A program made the translations under genes and the position numbers. A DNA stretch of 64,000 nt from Octopus bimaculoides (lineage: Eukaryota), in NCBI RefSeq assembly GCF_001194135.2, contig NC_068999.1, positions 48,445,705-48,509,704 of the forward strand, given 5' to 3'. Below, piece by piece: positions 13,685 through 26,824 of the stretch (its first letter is position 1; each line of letters begins with the position of its first letter). Below the pieces are notes generated by a model. The model was not told where the DNA came from, made no database searches, and was given only the letters and a program-made list of their open reading frames with translations.

Positions 13685-14212
13685 NNNNNNNNNNNNNNNN
13701 NNNNNNNNNNNNNNNNNNNNNNNNNNNNNNNNNNNNNNNNNNNNNNNNNNNNNNNNNNNNNNNNNNNNNNNNNNNNNNNNNNNNNNNNNNNNNNNNNNNN
13801 NNNNNNNNNNNNNNNNNNNNNNNNNNNNNNNNNNNNNNNNNNNNNNNNNNNNNNNNNNNNNNNNNNNNNNNNNNNNNNNNNNNNNNNNNNNNNNNNNNNN
13901 NNNNNNNNNNNNNNNNNNNNNNNNNNNNNNNNNNNNNNNNNNNNNNNNNNNNNNNNNNNNNNNNNNNNNNNNNNNNNNNNNNNNNNNNNNNNNNNNNNNN
14001 NNNNNNNNNNNNNNNNNNNNNNNNNNNNNNNNNNNNNNNNNNNNNNNNNNNNNNNNNNNNNNNNNNNNNNNNNNNNNNNNNNNNNNNNNNNNNNNNNNNN
14101 NNNNNNNNNNNNNNNNNNNNNNNNNNNNNNNNNNNNNNNNNNNNNNNNNNNNNNNNNNNNNNNNNNNNNNNNNNNNNNNNNNNNNNNNNNNNNNNNNNNN
14201 NNNNNNNNNNNN
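13685..14212. other. Assembly gap (N) inside ZC3H13 coding sequence
   Basis: N-run. Other gaps: 15694-15709, 21365-21585, 23753-24521, 43566-44075, 49123-49656, 59620-60101, 60776-61474 and 62470-62933. Confidence 0.99.
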
Positions 14213-14776
14213 TATATATATATATATATATATATATATGTGCATCTGTGTATACACATACATACACAAATTTTGTAACATTTTTTTTGCTTCAGTTCAA
14301 TTATGTGAATTACCTTAGTGCTTTGCCTGGGATTGAATTCAGAACCTCTAAATGACTGCACTGCATTAACCAGCTCTGCTCATAGATGAAGACATTGGTT
14401 AATGCGGTGCAGTCACCTAAATGTTCTGAGTTTAATTCCCAGGTAAGGCACTAATGTAATTCACATAATTCAACTGAAGCAAAAAATGTCACAAAACGCA
14501 GCGAGCAGAATGAGAGCAGTGTACCCCTGTTGATCAAATAAAGGGTTAGGTTTGGAATTCCAATACAATAACCAACTTCAACACAAAACACCTGAAAAAG
14601 GCTGGTTTGTATAACAACTGAAACATAGTGAGAGCAACTATCAAGATGAGGACAACAGTCCAGCTAATATAAACAGTATCCATAAAGTCATCAGCATCTC
14701 TCCTAGTTTCATTTTTCTTGCTCTGTAAATGCAAGGCCTTGTGCTCTACTGATTATTGTTTTATTTGCCTTTACAG

Positions 14777-15167
14777 AAAGCGCCCTAGAGATCAAGAACC
14801 TGACCAAGCTCGGTCTCGGTCACCTTCATTGAAACATCACAGAGACACATCACCAGTAGAGTCTTTCCACAGCCACAGCAGTGTTGGGGAGCATCGCCCA
14901 GATCCACCTGTAAACCGAGAATGGATGCATAACCGGTGGCCTCCGAATCAAAATGATTTGTTGAGAGAAAAAGAAGGGCCCCTTCCTGATGGTAGCCCTT
15001 GGCCTGGAGCCAGACAAAGATCTCCACTTCCCAAACATATTCTTGACAAGAAAAGAGGCAAGGAGTGGGAACCTGGTAGGGGTATGAGAGAGAAAGAGTT
15101 CTTAGATAAAGAAGCAGACAGGTTGAAAGTTAAGGACCCTGAGAAGCCTAAGGATGTTGATAATCCG
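14777..15167 (+). CDS. ZC3H13: ZC3H13 exon (KRPRDQEPDQARSRSPSLKH...)
   Basis: ttacag acceptor, gtaaga donor; within ORF 14718-15197. Confidence 0.88.
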
Positions 15168-16747
15168 GTAAGATGTTTTATAATCTTTACTCTTTAATCA
15201 CTCTATCATTCATGACTATTTGAAATCAGGTGTAGACACCATTTCTAGCTTGTTAATAATGTTCAATCGGATGTTTTTCCTGATGTTTATATGAAAATAC
15301 TATACACCAGTGGTTCTCAACTGGTGTCCATATAAGACCTTTGTGGGGTCCACACTAGTGAAATGGTAAATTTGGGCCCACAGTAGTATTTTAAGGGTAC
15401 ATGAAAAGTTTTAATTTAAATGAATGTAATGCAAGAAACAGCTTGGTTTCTTTCTCTAACATTTTCATACTTCAACCTACACAAGTTAATGAGTGAATAA
15501 CAAAATAGGAATTTTGAAAGAAATATCTATAAAATTAGGTTTTAAACATTGAATGATTATTGGGGTCCACCAGAATAAAATAGTAATCAAAGGGATCCAT
15601 AGATAAAAAAAAAATAGTTGAGAAACACTGCTAAACACTATCAAATATAAATATTGTTTCATTTGTTTACTGTTCATTCCCCCCCCCCCCCCCNNNNNNN
15701 NNNNNNNNNCTGTGGATATGGCTGATTGCCAAGAACTCTATTTCTCTTTCAAAGAACCCAACACATCTTTATAAGTTCCACTTATTTTTCGTTTGCTTCC
15801 TTCATGAAGCACTTCAGAATTTAGATACGAGAATTTTCGTATTTGGATGACACGCATTTAGCTGTGAACTGTCTGCAATAAAAAAAAGTATTAATAACAA
15901 TATTGCAATCCCAGGAAGACACAGACTTTAATCATGGATGGGTTCTTATTGAAAATGAGTTTGTAAGAGTAACAGAGTTGTCGTGTTGAATTATAAAAAA
16001 AAGTTTTAAAAGAAGGATAACTTGAGCAGTCAAAAGTATCTGTAAATTTTCTTTGTTTTCAAAGAGCATGATGCTAATAAATTTCTTCAATTTAGATTTT
16101 ACTTAGTCAATATCTATCATCTATCATTGTAAAATTACTTGACTGGTGGCTAAACTCATACACAAAAACTCAGCTTCCATGTATTGTACTTGTGGTCAGT
16201 CTGAATTATTTGGTAAATTCTGACAGCCATTCTAAATAGCATTGATTCTGAAGTTAATAGAATGTTCGGGGTTTGTAAGGATTAATTCCTTTGAATATGA
16301 TGTATTTATCTCTGGGTGGGATACATAAGAGTATCATTGCTAGGTGGGACACTTTAGGGTATCACTTAGTAAGACATTTAAGCTTGTCCTCTATATAGGA
16401 CATTTAAATGTATCTGTGGGAAGGACGCTTAAAAGTCTTTCTATGTTAGACATTTGAGTGAATCTCGGTAAACCATTTAAGTGTATCTCTAAGAAAGACA
16501 ATTGTGTGTTTCTTTATTTGAAGGGCAATAACTACCTAATCTTATTAGAATGTTATTTGTTGATAAGCAAATGTCCTGTCTTGAGAGATATGTTCGTCAT
16601 CTGCTTAATGCTCCTGAATTCAGAGCTAAGCATCAGTTTTACGAACTCCTATACTTAAGAATCTTTACTGTGTATAACACAGTTATTGTCCGGAAATTTT
16701 CTTTTTCCTTTTTCCACCTCACTCACTAGTTGTTTCTTTTTACACAG

Positions 16748-16889
16748 TTACTCTATGATGATGTAAGGGCTCTGATGATCAGAAAGCTAAGACCAAAGAA
16801 GAAAGAGAAAAGAAAGCGATCTTCATCGAAATCTCCATCTCTAGACGGGAAAGATAAGAAGCGTGTTTGTCATGGGGTATCTCCAAAAG
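16748..16889 (+). CDS. ZC3H13: ZC3H13 exon (LLYDDVRALMIRKLRPKKKEKRKRSSSKSPS...)
   Basis: tacacag acceptor, gtttgt donor, phase 0 to 1. Confidence 0.78.
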
Positions 16890-18221
16890 GTTTGTAGTTG
16901 TGTTGTTTTTTAAGCGTAGGAATGCAATAAAGCTTGTTGAAATTAGTAGAGAGTAAAACTAAATGCTTTACATTACTTAGTGTCAGTCACTTTTGTTAGT
17001 CTTTCTCAGCTAGACTCGAATGTCTTTAAGAGACAAGGACATGTTGAATAATGTAGTCCTTGATATACTATGCCTGAAGAAAAGATGTAATGGTAATGGC
17101 TGGAGCACCTTGATGACAGGTATTTTGATCAGCGCTGACCTAGGGCTAAACTCAATTTGGATTAAAAGAAGTCTATTGGAAGTCATCATCATCATCATCA
17201 TTTTAATGTTCACTTTTCCATGCTTGTATGGGTCAGAAGAAATTTGTTGAGGCAGATTCTTTATGGCCGGATGTCCTTGCTGCTTATTCTTACTTGTTTC
17301 CAAGTGAGGTAATATTTCCTCATCGGGAACACCTGTTTTTCACAGAAGACTGCAAATGAACAATATTGACTGTATAATGATGATTACTCACTTATAACCA
17401 TTGTGATGTCGAGACAAGGGTACACACATACCCACACACCCACACACAAGGACATATACATATGATGGGTTTCTTTCAGTTTCCATCTACCAAATCCACT
17501 CACAATGCTTTGGTTGGACTGAGAGCAATGGTAGAAAATACCCAAGGTGCTGCACAGTAGGGCATCATTTTTTTTCTTCAGAAAATGTATGTAGACTTTG
17601 TTACCAGTAAAATTGAGCAACAAGTAAGCCAAGACTCATGCAATAAAGAATGCTTTAGTAGTGGAGTGTATGATGGAGGTGGTGGTGGCAGTATTATTGT
17701 TAGACTGTGAATTATATTGTTCATCTGTGAACATTAGTGTCATTGATAATAAGTTTCCAAGGAGCCAGTCACGGGTTCACTGCATTTCAGATAATGATAG
17801 TGAGAAGGGAGTCTGTACAACTGAGGCAGAATAAACACTACAAGGAAATTTTTGTTCAACGCACTGAACTTGTCGAATTTATTATTTGGTACACTGATTT
17901 CTCAATGACGCACACACATGCGTGCATGGGGCTTCCATGCAGTTTCTGTCTACCAAATTTTACTCATTGATTATTGGTCGTCTTGAGGCTATAGTGCAAT
18001 ACACTTGTTCAAGATGCCACACGTTGGGATCAAATCAAAATCCACATGGCTGCAGAACAAACTTCCTAACCACACAATCATGCCTGTTTGATTATTGTGA
18101 AACCTTTTTATATATCATTTTAATTACTGTAGCTGCATCATAACTATCCTCTCTTTTCTTTAACGATTCCGAGTTTATGATACTAATTAGCTTACACATA
18201 CATGTCTGCTTTTTTTTCTAG

Positions 18222-18349
18222 TAGCTGCTTCGCATGATGAGAAAGATAAGCCTTCAGCTCAACCATCTCAGAACCAAGAACTCACTTTTAGTGATTGGTC
18301 TGATGATGAGTCTGCTGATGATATTTTGAATCGGCCTGAGGAACCCCAG
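18222..18349 (+). CDS. ZC3H13: ZC3H13 exon carrying the FSDWSD motif
   Basis: TAGTAG tandem acceptor (start 18222 or 18225), gtaagc donor; QELTFSDWSDDES. Confidence 0.9.
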
Positions 18350-18650
18350 GTAAGCATTTAAGGCTTTTGCTCTATTGTCTCAAACTCACTGAAAGAACAA
18401 AGAGAAAATAATCTGGTCTCTGCTCATAATTTTAAATGTCGTCATTCCAGTTGTGTATTACTGTGTATTATATTGATGCTGTGTGTTTGGATATATAGAG
18501 AAAAATTTTCTCTACTTCAGAGAGAGAGAACGACTGAAACAAATAAAAGAAAAAAGACAACAAAATATTTTGCTTTTCTTTCGCCACCCCAAGCTTGGGC
18601 CATGTAACAATGTCATAAAAATAACCATTGACTATATTGCCTCATTTCAG

Positions 18651-18904
18651 CAAGAACCTGTAATCCCTATTATTGAGCCTCACATTAAGGAAGATAGGTT
18701 CAAACGGAGTCCTGGCCGAGGTGGCTTCATACCTCAACCAATACGCCAAATGCACAATCCGAAAGAGGACTATCGGATGTGGCAACCTCACAAAGAAAGA
18801 AATAGTCGGTACCACTGGGAGAAACCAAACCTCTCCACAATGCCTCGACTACCACTCAATAGAACTTTACTGGATCGACACCATAAAGAAATATCAGATA
18901 TTTG
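18651..18904 (+). CDS. ZC3H13: ZC3H13 exon (QEPVIPIIEPHIKEDRFKRSPGRGG...)
   Basis: tttcag acceptor, gtgagt donor, phase 0 to 2. Confidence 0.82.
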
Positions 18905-19533
18905 GTGAGTAGTCAATAGAATGTTTAATTTTGTTTTGACTACAACTGTTTTCTTTAATCTTTCTCTATTGTAATGCATATTTATTCACCTTGTTTGGAA
19001 TCAATCACGCATTATCTCACAGCTTTGAGATTTTGATGATGCGTTTGTTTATTTTTTAGAGTCATATTGTAGGTTAAGTTTGAAAAGCTGGATCTGGCCA
19101 CAGGTAGAATATTTGAACCAGATATGGTCAGTTTAAATGCTAAAGAGTTAAACAAGGTACTTCATCTGCTCCAGCCTCCTCAGCTGAAAATACATAGAAG
19201 CCTGGTGCTGGTGCAGCTCCCTTTTTCTCCAGCTGTCACATCCTTACTGTTCCACTGGGTCAGGAATGTATCTATGTCTGCTTACAACTACACTGGCACC
19301 TAAAACAATAAAACCATGGTACATGTTACCCAGTCATATTCATCACAAGTGACAGCTGTCTGTATTAAAGTTTGAGATATGAAATCCAAGTATTATATTC
19401 AACAAATGGGCAAATGGACATTGTAATTTTTGCACATAATTTGTTTTGGATGATTCATGGTTGTGTTGAATTTTATTTAGTTTTAAATTAAAGATTTTAG
19501 AGAAAGTGTTTATCTTGGTTTTCCTTTGTTTAG

Positions 19534-19967
19534 TTTCAGAATGAAGCCAGAACTCTTACCTCGATTGCTGCCAGACCCGGAGCCGATGTCTGATTTCCGG
19601 CCTCAGCCTGACTCCTCCAATCATGGGAATCTTGTTGATATTATGCCCAATGTCATCAAGCAGCCGTTACTCGGTGATGCACCCGGTTGTGTCCCCCTCC
19701 ATAGTTTAGTAGCCATGTCAATGGCGGGTCCACCAATGAATTCGCCCCTCTTGTCTGGCATACTTCCACACAATTCCCTCTCTCAGCCTAATATGAACAA
19801 CCTCCCGCCCCTCTCGCTCTCTCTTCCTTCCTGTCTACCCAACCCCCCCATGTCCATTAACATGCATCCAATGCACAACATGGTTGCTAACATGAACTTT
19901 GCACCTCCAATTCCCAACCCTCCTAACCCTGTTACCACTCCAGCTCCAAGACAGAGTTCTGATATTA
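19534..19967 (+). CDS. ZC3H13: ZC3H13 Pro/Met/Asn-rich exon
   Basis: Within ORF 19526-20005. AG at 19532-33 keeps the frame; gtaagt donor; phase 2 to 1. Confidence 0.82.
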
Positions 19968-20320
19968 GTAAGTACATTTCTTTTCTATTTCCATACGAGA
20001 GCTAAGTGTATACATCATGTCTGATTATGTGTATACTCAATTGTGATCTTGATAATGATAATCTCTTTGAATTAATCAGAAGTTCCAGTCTTTAGATGTA
20101 TTACTACACTGGACAAGTCTAACCATTTCACTATTAACCCAGCCTCTGAAATACCTGTAGTCCCAATTAACATCTTATTGGCCCTTTTGTTAACCATATT
20201 TCTGTTGGTAATATTATTATTATTATTATTAATATATAGAGATTTACATGAATAATTTTCCATTTTTTATTGTTTGCAAATGTGACAGGAGAAACGAGGC
20301 ATCATAATTATCTGTTTTAG

Positions 20321-20473
20321 TTGAATTAGGTTCTGTTTTAACTTCAGATGGTATCGATCTAGACACTGAAAGTATGCAGTATGAAGAGATCAGTTCCGAA
20401 GAGGAGAGCATGACAGGAGATTTAGACCTGGATCTCCTTGGAGTCGGTGGTGACAAGAAGAAGAAAAAGAAAA
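20321..20473 (+). CDS. ZC3H13: ZC3H13 acidic exon (DGIDLDTESMQYEEISSEEE...)
   Basis: ttttag acceptor (alternative start 20348), gtgaga donor; YEEISSEE motif. Confidence 0.82.
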
Positions 20474-21585
20474 GTGAGATTATGTTTTGTTAAACTTGTT
20501 ATGTATTTGGTGAAATATTTGGACATTCAATGAGCAACATGTTAATAGTTACTTCAAAATGTGGCATCTTTTCCCAACAATTCATTCTATAAACATCATC
20601 AAGGTCTAGACCTTCATTGATTTATCTTCTTTCTGTCATTGCCTCGAAGGGTTTAGTCGAACACATTCATCCCAGTACATGTTTTTCAAGTCTGGTACTT
20701 ATTTTGTTGACCTATTTTGCCAATACACCTAAATTAATGGGGCATGAACAAACCAACACTGGTTGCCACACTGCAGCACAGGAGGACAAATACAGACACA
20801 CATGCACACACACACATACATAACAGATTCCCACACAGTTTCCGTCTATAAAATTCACTCACAGGGCAATGGTCAACCCCTGTCCAAAATGCTGCATGGT
20901 GGGACTGAACCCAAAACCACGTCATTACAAAGCAAACTTCTTAACTACACAGCCATGCCTACACTTGCGAAAAATCTTTCTGAGAAGTTTCTATTTCTAA
21001 GGAAGGGCATCCAGCTGTAGAAACCAATCCAAATCAGACTGGAATCTGGTGCTGCTCTCTAGCTTGCCAGCTTTGGTCAAACCATCCAACCCATGCCAGC
21101 ATGGAAAGCAGATGTTAAAGGATGAGGATGATTGAAGCTTTTATAGCAGAATTTTACATTTGACTTTCATGTTTATTGCTTAATTATTATTGATTTGTTT
21201 TGCTTCATTTTTTTTTTTTTTCTTCACTGCAAATGTCCCCCTTTTTTTTTTAAAACTGTTCATGATAAATACATTTGTATTTGGAAAGCTATAAATAATA
21301 TGGAAATATTGGGTTAAAATTCCTTTTGTTAAGAAAAGGCTGAAGGCTGCCCCTGAAATTCAAANNNNNNNNNNNNNNNNNNNNNNNNNNNNNNNNNNNN
21401 NNNNNNNNNNNNNNNNNNNNNNNNNNNNNNNNNNNNNNNNNNNNNNNNNNNNNNNNNNNNNNNNNNNNNNNNNNNNNNNNNNNNNNNNNNNNNNNNNNNN
21501 NNNNNNNNNNNNNNNNNNNNNNNNNNNNNNNNNNNNNNNNNNNNNNNNNNNNNNNNNNNNNNNNNNNNNNNNNNNNNNNNNNNNN

Positions 21586-21697
21586 ATATTTAGTAAGATT
21601 GGTGTATCTCGTCAGTTTGCTGGTGACTATATCTTCATTAAACTTCAAGACATTTGCAGTAAACAATTAACGGAAATAAAAGAGACAAACAAACAGG
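21586..21697 (+). CDS. ZC3H13: ZC3H13 C-terminal-domain exon; 5' part lost in the gap
   Basis: IFSKIGVSRQFAGDYIFIKLQDIC directly after the N-run; gtaatt donor. Confidence 0.88.
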
Positions 21698-21893
21698 GTA
21701 ATTTCTTTCTTTCATTTGAATCTTCAGATATTTCTTATTTCCCACTGCTATTCATTGGTGTGTGTTTGCCTGTGAACACATGTTTTTGTTACCTGGGTGC
21801 CAAGAGAGTGGCAACCCCAAAAAAGTTTGGGAACTATTGATTTAATCCATCTATCTATATGTATGTATATATATATATATATATCTTTTCTAG

Positions 21894-22108
21894 GCAAAGA
21901 CCAGCCAAATGAAAATTCAACAAAAGATACTAATTCAGCTGAAGTTGAACAGTTCAAGTTTAGAAACCACATTGCTGCTCTCCATATGGCTTCTGTAAAA
22001 AAGAACAAAGATAGAAGTAATCTTCTTCATGAGATTGGATCACATCGGCGGGCTCTCTGTGCTAGGAGAGATTTGGAGATTCGGCGCCAGCTCTGCCAGA
22101 TTGATAAG
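21894..22108 (+). CDS. ZC3H13: ZC3H13 conserved C-terminal exon
   Basis: FRNHIAALHMASVKKNKDRSNLLHEIGSHRRALCARRDLEIRRQL; ttctag acceptor, gttttg donor. Confidence 0.92.
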
Positions 22109-22829
22109 GTTTTGTTTTGTTTTTCTTATTTTTATGATAATCAATGATCAGCATCAAGTTAATATATCTTTTTCATTGTTTGTTTTTAAAGTGACTCAAG
22201 TAAAACTGTTTCTTTTCCCATATTACTCGATATACCAGCTCATTTAAGCATGGCTGTGTTGTGTTTGAGAACTCTTGCTTCCCAACCACATGGTTTCAGA
22301 TTCAGCCCCACTGTGTAGCATGTGCCTTCTGCTATAGCCAAACCTCTGTGAGTGGATTTGAAACTCATCGTGTATATATACATATGTGTTTTCCAAAATG
22401 GAGGCAACATTAGGATATTTTCCTGCCAATACCATAAGCAACAGATATTCCATGGGGCTGGTGAGTCAGAGAACTGCCTCAGTTCCATCTGTCTGTTTTG
22501 ACTTGGTTTCTGTGGCTAGATGCCCTTCCGAATACTGACCACTCTACAGAGTATAGTGGATGCCTTTTCTGTGTTATTGGCATGGGTGCTTGACACATAA
22601 AAGGCACCTGTGCCAGCGACATGTAAAAGACACCTAGTACACTCTGTAGAGTGGTTGGCATTATGAAGGGCAACCAAATCAAAACAGACTGGGGCCTGGT
22701 GAAACTTTCTGGCTTACCAACTTCAGTCAACATGTCTAACCCATGCTAGCATGAAAAATGGACGCTAAATGATAATGATGATTGATTTATGTCATGTTTT
22801 ATAATAATTTTATTTTCTTATTCTTTCAG

Positions 22830-22973
22830 AATGTAGAACAGCCTAGCCTTTATCCAAGTCAGATTTTTGACAGTGACCTATGTAAATTAAGTGTTCAGCT
22901 TTTTAAACAAGGACATGATTCCAATGGAAGGAAGGACAATCTGATGCTGAAAGAAGTTACTTGTTCTTCTTGA
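22830..22973 (+). CDS. ZC3H13: ZC3H13 last coding exon, with TGA
   Basis: tttcag acceptor; NVEQPSLYPSQIFDSDLCKLSVQLFKQ...CSS*. Confidence 0.9.
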   Translation, partial: NVEQPSLYPSQIFDSDLCKLSVQLFKQGHDSNGRKDNLMLKEVTCSS

Positions 22974-24543
22974 GGATTGAGACAGATATAGTTGAAATAC
23001 ATACATACAATTTTAGGTTACATTTTATTTTCCTCAAAACACTTGTTTTCATTGCTGTGCTTTGTACATATCACTAAAATCCAAAAGACAAAAAAAAAAA
23101 AGAAGCTGAGACTTTTCTTGTGGAGTTTGAACATATTGCGATATGGACTAATCACTTTCTCCTAATTTCCTTTTAAATTTTCAGCTGTGTGATTGTCTCA
23201 CTAGCAACTGAAGACAAACATTTCTGAGACAACTTATACAATGGAAACATTACAGAAAAAGACTGTCTGTAGATTCTTTTTATCCTATTTTGTCATACCC
23301 ATCCTACCACCATTTCTGCTACCATTTGACAAATACCTTCTGCCCTGAAACCATCTGTATTTTCCCCATTCTCATTTTAACTTACCTCACATGTAATGAT
23401 ATGTCAGTATTTCTTTCTTCTGATATTCTTAACAAGCAAACCAATCTGTTTGTTAGAAGCCCAGATTTTTGGTTCTCAGTGTTAGTGTTGATAAAGACCT
23501 CATACAGTTTTATGGGCATGTATTAATATTTTATGAGAGAAACAAAAAGCAAAAACATGAAATCCCAAATTCTTGTTTTAACCCATTCAAGAGTTGTTGT
23601 CCTTCAAAAGTAGTTTCTTCAATGAAAAACTTTTTTTTTGTAATGCACTCAAATTAAATTTTCAGATAGTGACTGAACAGATTTCATCTGAAATCTAATT
23701 TGTTTCCCATCTTGCAATCAACCATAAAATACCCTTTGACATTGTTTTCACANNNNNNNNNNNNNNNNNNNNNNNNNNNNNNNNNNNNNNNNNNNNNNNN
23801 NNNNNNNNNNNNNNNNNNNNNNNNNNNNNNNNNNNNNNNNNNNNNNNNNNNNNNNNNNNNNNNNNNNNNNNNNNNNNNNNNNNNNNNNNNNNNNNNNNNN
23901 NNNNNNNNNNNNNNNNNNNNNNNNNNNNNNNNNNNNNNNNNNNNNNNNNNNNNNNNNNNNNNNNNNNNNNNNNNNNNNNNNNNNNNNNNNNNNNNNNNNN
24001 NNNNNNNNNNNNNNNNNNNNNNNNNNNNNNNNNNNNNNNNNNNNNNNNNNNNNNNNNNNNNNNNNNNNNNNNNNNNNNNNNNNNNNNNNNNNNNNNNNNN
24101 NNNNNNNNNNNNNNNNNNNNNNNNNNNNNNNNNNNNNNNNNNNNNNNNNNNNNNNNNNNNNNNNNNNNNNNNNNNNNNNNNNNNNNNNNNNNNNNNNNNN
24201 NNNNNNNNNNNNNNNNNNNNNNNNNNNNNNNNNNNNNNNNNNNNNNNNNNNNNNNNNNNNNNNNNNNNNNNNNNNNNNNNNNNNNNNNNNNNNNNNNNNN
24301 NNNNNNNNNNNNNNNNNNNNNNNNNNNNNNNNNNNNNNNNNNNNNNNNNNNNNNNNNNNNNNNNNNNNNNNNNNNNNNNNNNNNNNNNNNNNNNNNNNNN
24401 NNNNNNNNNNNNNNNNNNNNNNNNNNNNNNNNNNNNNNNNNNNNNNNNNNNNNNNNNNNNNNNNNNNNNNNNNNNNNNNNNNNNNNNNNNNNNNNNNNNN
24501 NNNNNNNNNNNNNNNNNNNNNTATATATATAAATGTGTGTATG

Positions 24544-24579
<36 letters not shown>

Positions 24580-25249
24580 TATATATTATATATATATATA
24601 TATATGTATATTATTTCCTGTGTATGATTTGTGTTTGAGAAGGCGTTCTGACAACTTTAAGACCAGGGACCAGAAAAGTGAAGCCAAAAATAGAAAAAAA
24701 ATGAAGCAAAACTTTTTGTGGAATTCTACAACCAATGTCTATAAAAGAACAAAAATGAACTGAAATGTTTTCTGTTGCAAGGATTATCAAAACTCCAAAA
24801 CATCCCTGTGAGGGAAATGATAGGACAGGAAATTATTTTTTCATTCTGACTCTGTGAAAATGCCAGGTAATAAAATGTGACGATTCATCATATAGAATTT
24901 AAATTTGCTTCTTGTTGATTTATTTTTGTTTTTTATTTAATTACTTGATTTAAGAACAAAAGAAAAATTTCTTTTAATGGTTTGGTTTGATACAGGAATG
25001 TGTCTGTAGCTTTTTCAAGACCTGTGAGATTGATGTGTTTGATGTTCTTGAATTACTGCAAGAAAGACATGGAAAGAGCAAGCAGGGAATTCCAGAGGGA
25101 TGGGATTCAACAGAGCAAAGATTGGTTATTGTGGTTAGTGTAGGGTATGCAGATAGGAGACAGTATGTAATGAGATGAGTGGAGTTTGGTTGTGAAACAA
25201 ATATGATAGTACTAAAGCTATCTGGTTTATTCAATGTTCTTGTTATTTG

Positions 25250-25480
25250 TGGAGGCACGTGGCTTAGTGGTTGCGGTATTGGACTCACAACTGTAGGATT
25301 GTGGTTTAGATCCCTGGACCGGGTGATCCATTGTGTTTTTGAGCAAAACACTTAATTTCATGTTGCTCCAGCCCACTCGGCTGTAGAAATGAGTTTAGCC
25401 TGGAGAGGGATGGACTCTGCCAAGCTTTCTCGCCCAAGATACACTGCATGGCTGCATTGCCCCAATGACCCTTAAGGGGT
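25250..25480 (+). mobile_element. Diverged tRNA-headed SINE (different body)
   Basis: tggaggcacgtggcttagtggt head followed by ttgagcaaaacacttaatttcatgttgctcc core. Confidence 0.6.
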
Positions 25481-26824
25481 AAGGGACTTGTCATTGTCTT
25501 TGTTATTTAGCCTAGTGCTTTTCATAGTAGGGATAAGGCTGTGAGAATAAAGAAAAGGGGCAGAAAAATTTGCTGTGTCTAACAAAATAAAGACTTCTCT
25601 AACATGATGGCAAAGAATTATATGGAAGCCAAACTTTATTTGTTTTCTCATTAACAAAAGACTTTGGAGTGATTTGGTAGATGGAAACAAGATACGCACA
25701 TGGGGTGCATGTCTCTTTGTTTTGACATTGTGCACTAGTTGTAAATGAGTATCTTCATGCAAACTGTCATTTGTTTTCAATTCAATGTTCTGTGAAAGCA
25801 TGTCTGGCCATGGGGAAATATTACCTTGTTTGGAAACAGATGAGGGTTGACAATATGAAGGGCATCTGACCGTAGAATATCTGTCTCAACAAATTCCACC
25901 TGACCCATGGAAGCATGAAGAAGTGGGCCTTAAAACGATGATGATGATAGTGACTATGTTGATGGGGGTAAAAAATTTCACTAATGCACACACACACACA
26001 CACACGTGCACACTTTTTGGTGGAGGTTGCTGGTGTTTTATCCTTGTGAAAACTATTAGTTTTAGCTCCAAGTAATCCCTGCTTGAGGAAACATATACAC
26101 ATACTGAAGACAGAATGAGAAAAAAAAAAAAGACATAAGTACAAACAGTGTAGTAAACAAACATATAGACATATGCACACACAAAGATACAGATGCAATT
26201 GCATGTGCAGATAGAGACATACCACTGAAAGACAAAATGGAATAAGCAGAACAAGAAGAGATACTTGGGATAGAGAGTTGGTGAAGAGGTCACAGGGTGT
26301 GTGACAAAAGAACTTTGACAAAGAAACTAAAATAATCTGACCAGTTTGAACATAAAACAGGTATTTTGGCTGTGTGTGTTAGTAGGGTATTTATGGGAAA
26401 GCTTAGTTATTTTTTAATCAATCCTGTTTATTTTATATCACAATTGGTATAAAGTAATGTCATTGGTTATATGGGGGTCAATTACTGCTTCACTGCATTT
26501 CTGACAAGGAAGTGTCTGGAACTAGCAATGGAACAAATATCACGAGCGACTTCGTTTGTTAAGCACCTCTTTTCTCAATTATGTTTATAGCCTTTGGATA
26601 AAAGATGCGCATACACACAAGAACTGACTCAAGGGTGAGGGCCACTCTTTAGTCCAACTCATATATCACTTCTCTTGTGAACTAGAACACTTTGTAAAAT
26701 GATTGGTGATAGGAAGGGTATCCAGCAGTAGAAACCATGTCAAAATGGAATCTGGATTCAGTGAGTTACATTATTGGCTCCCCAGCTTAGGAGACACAGT
26801 ACCTGTGACTATAAGCTACTCCCG

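Larger units (their letters stand above)
889..22973 (+). other. ZC3H13: ZC3H13/Flacc gene span (m6A writer-associated MACOM subunit); 5'-partial, and two exons are cut by assembly gaps
   Basis: 17 phase-compatible exons or exon fragments. Motifs recognised from human ZC3H13: EELTLVRKRQELQRAL (cf. HELSLEMKRQKIQREL), ELTFSDWSDDE (cf. TAFSDWSDED), YEEISSEE (cf. YEPISDDE), KIGVSRQFAG (cf. RVGISKKLAG), ALCARRDLEIRRQL (cf. ALCFRRDSAIRKQL), DSDLCKLSVQLFK (cf. DNELLRLSLRLFK). The start codon and CCCH finger are not in the window. Confidence 0.92.

Noticed and set aside
24974-25351. Short ORFs between ZC3H13 and USB1 (24987-25178 +, 24974-25351 -)
   Set aside because: No recognisable homology or splice-linked partners, and they partly overlap a SINE.
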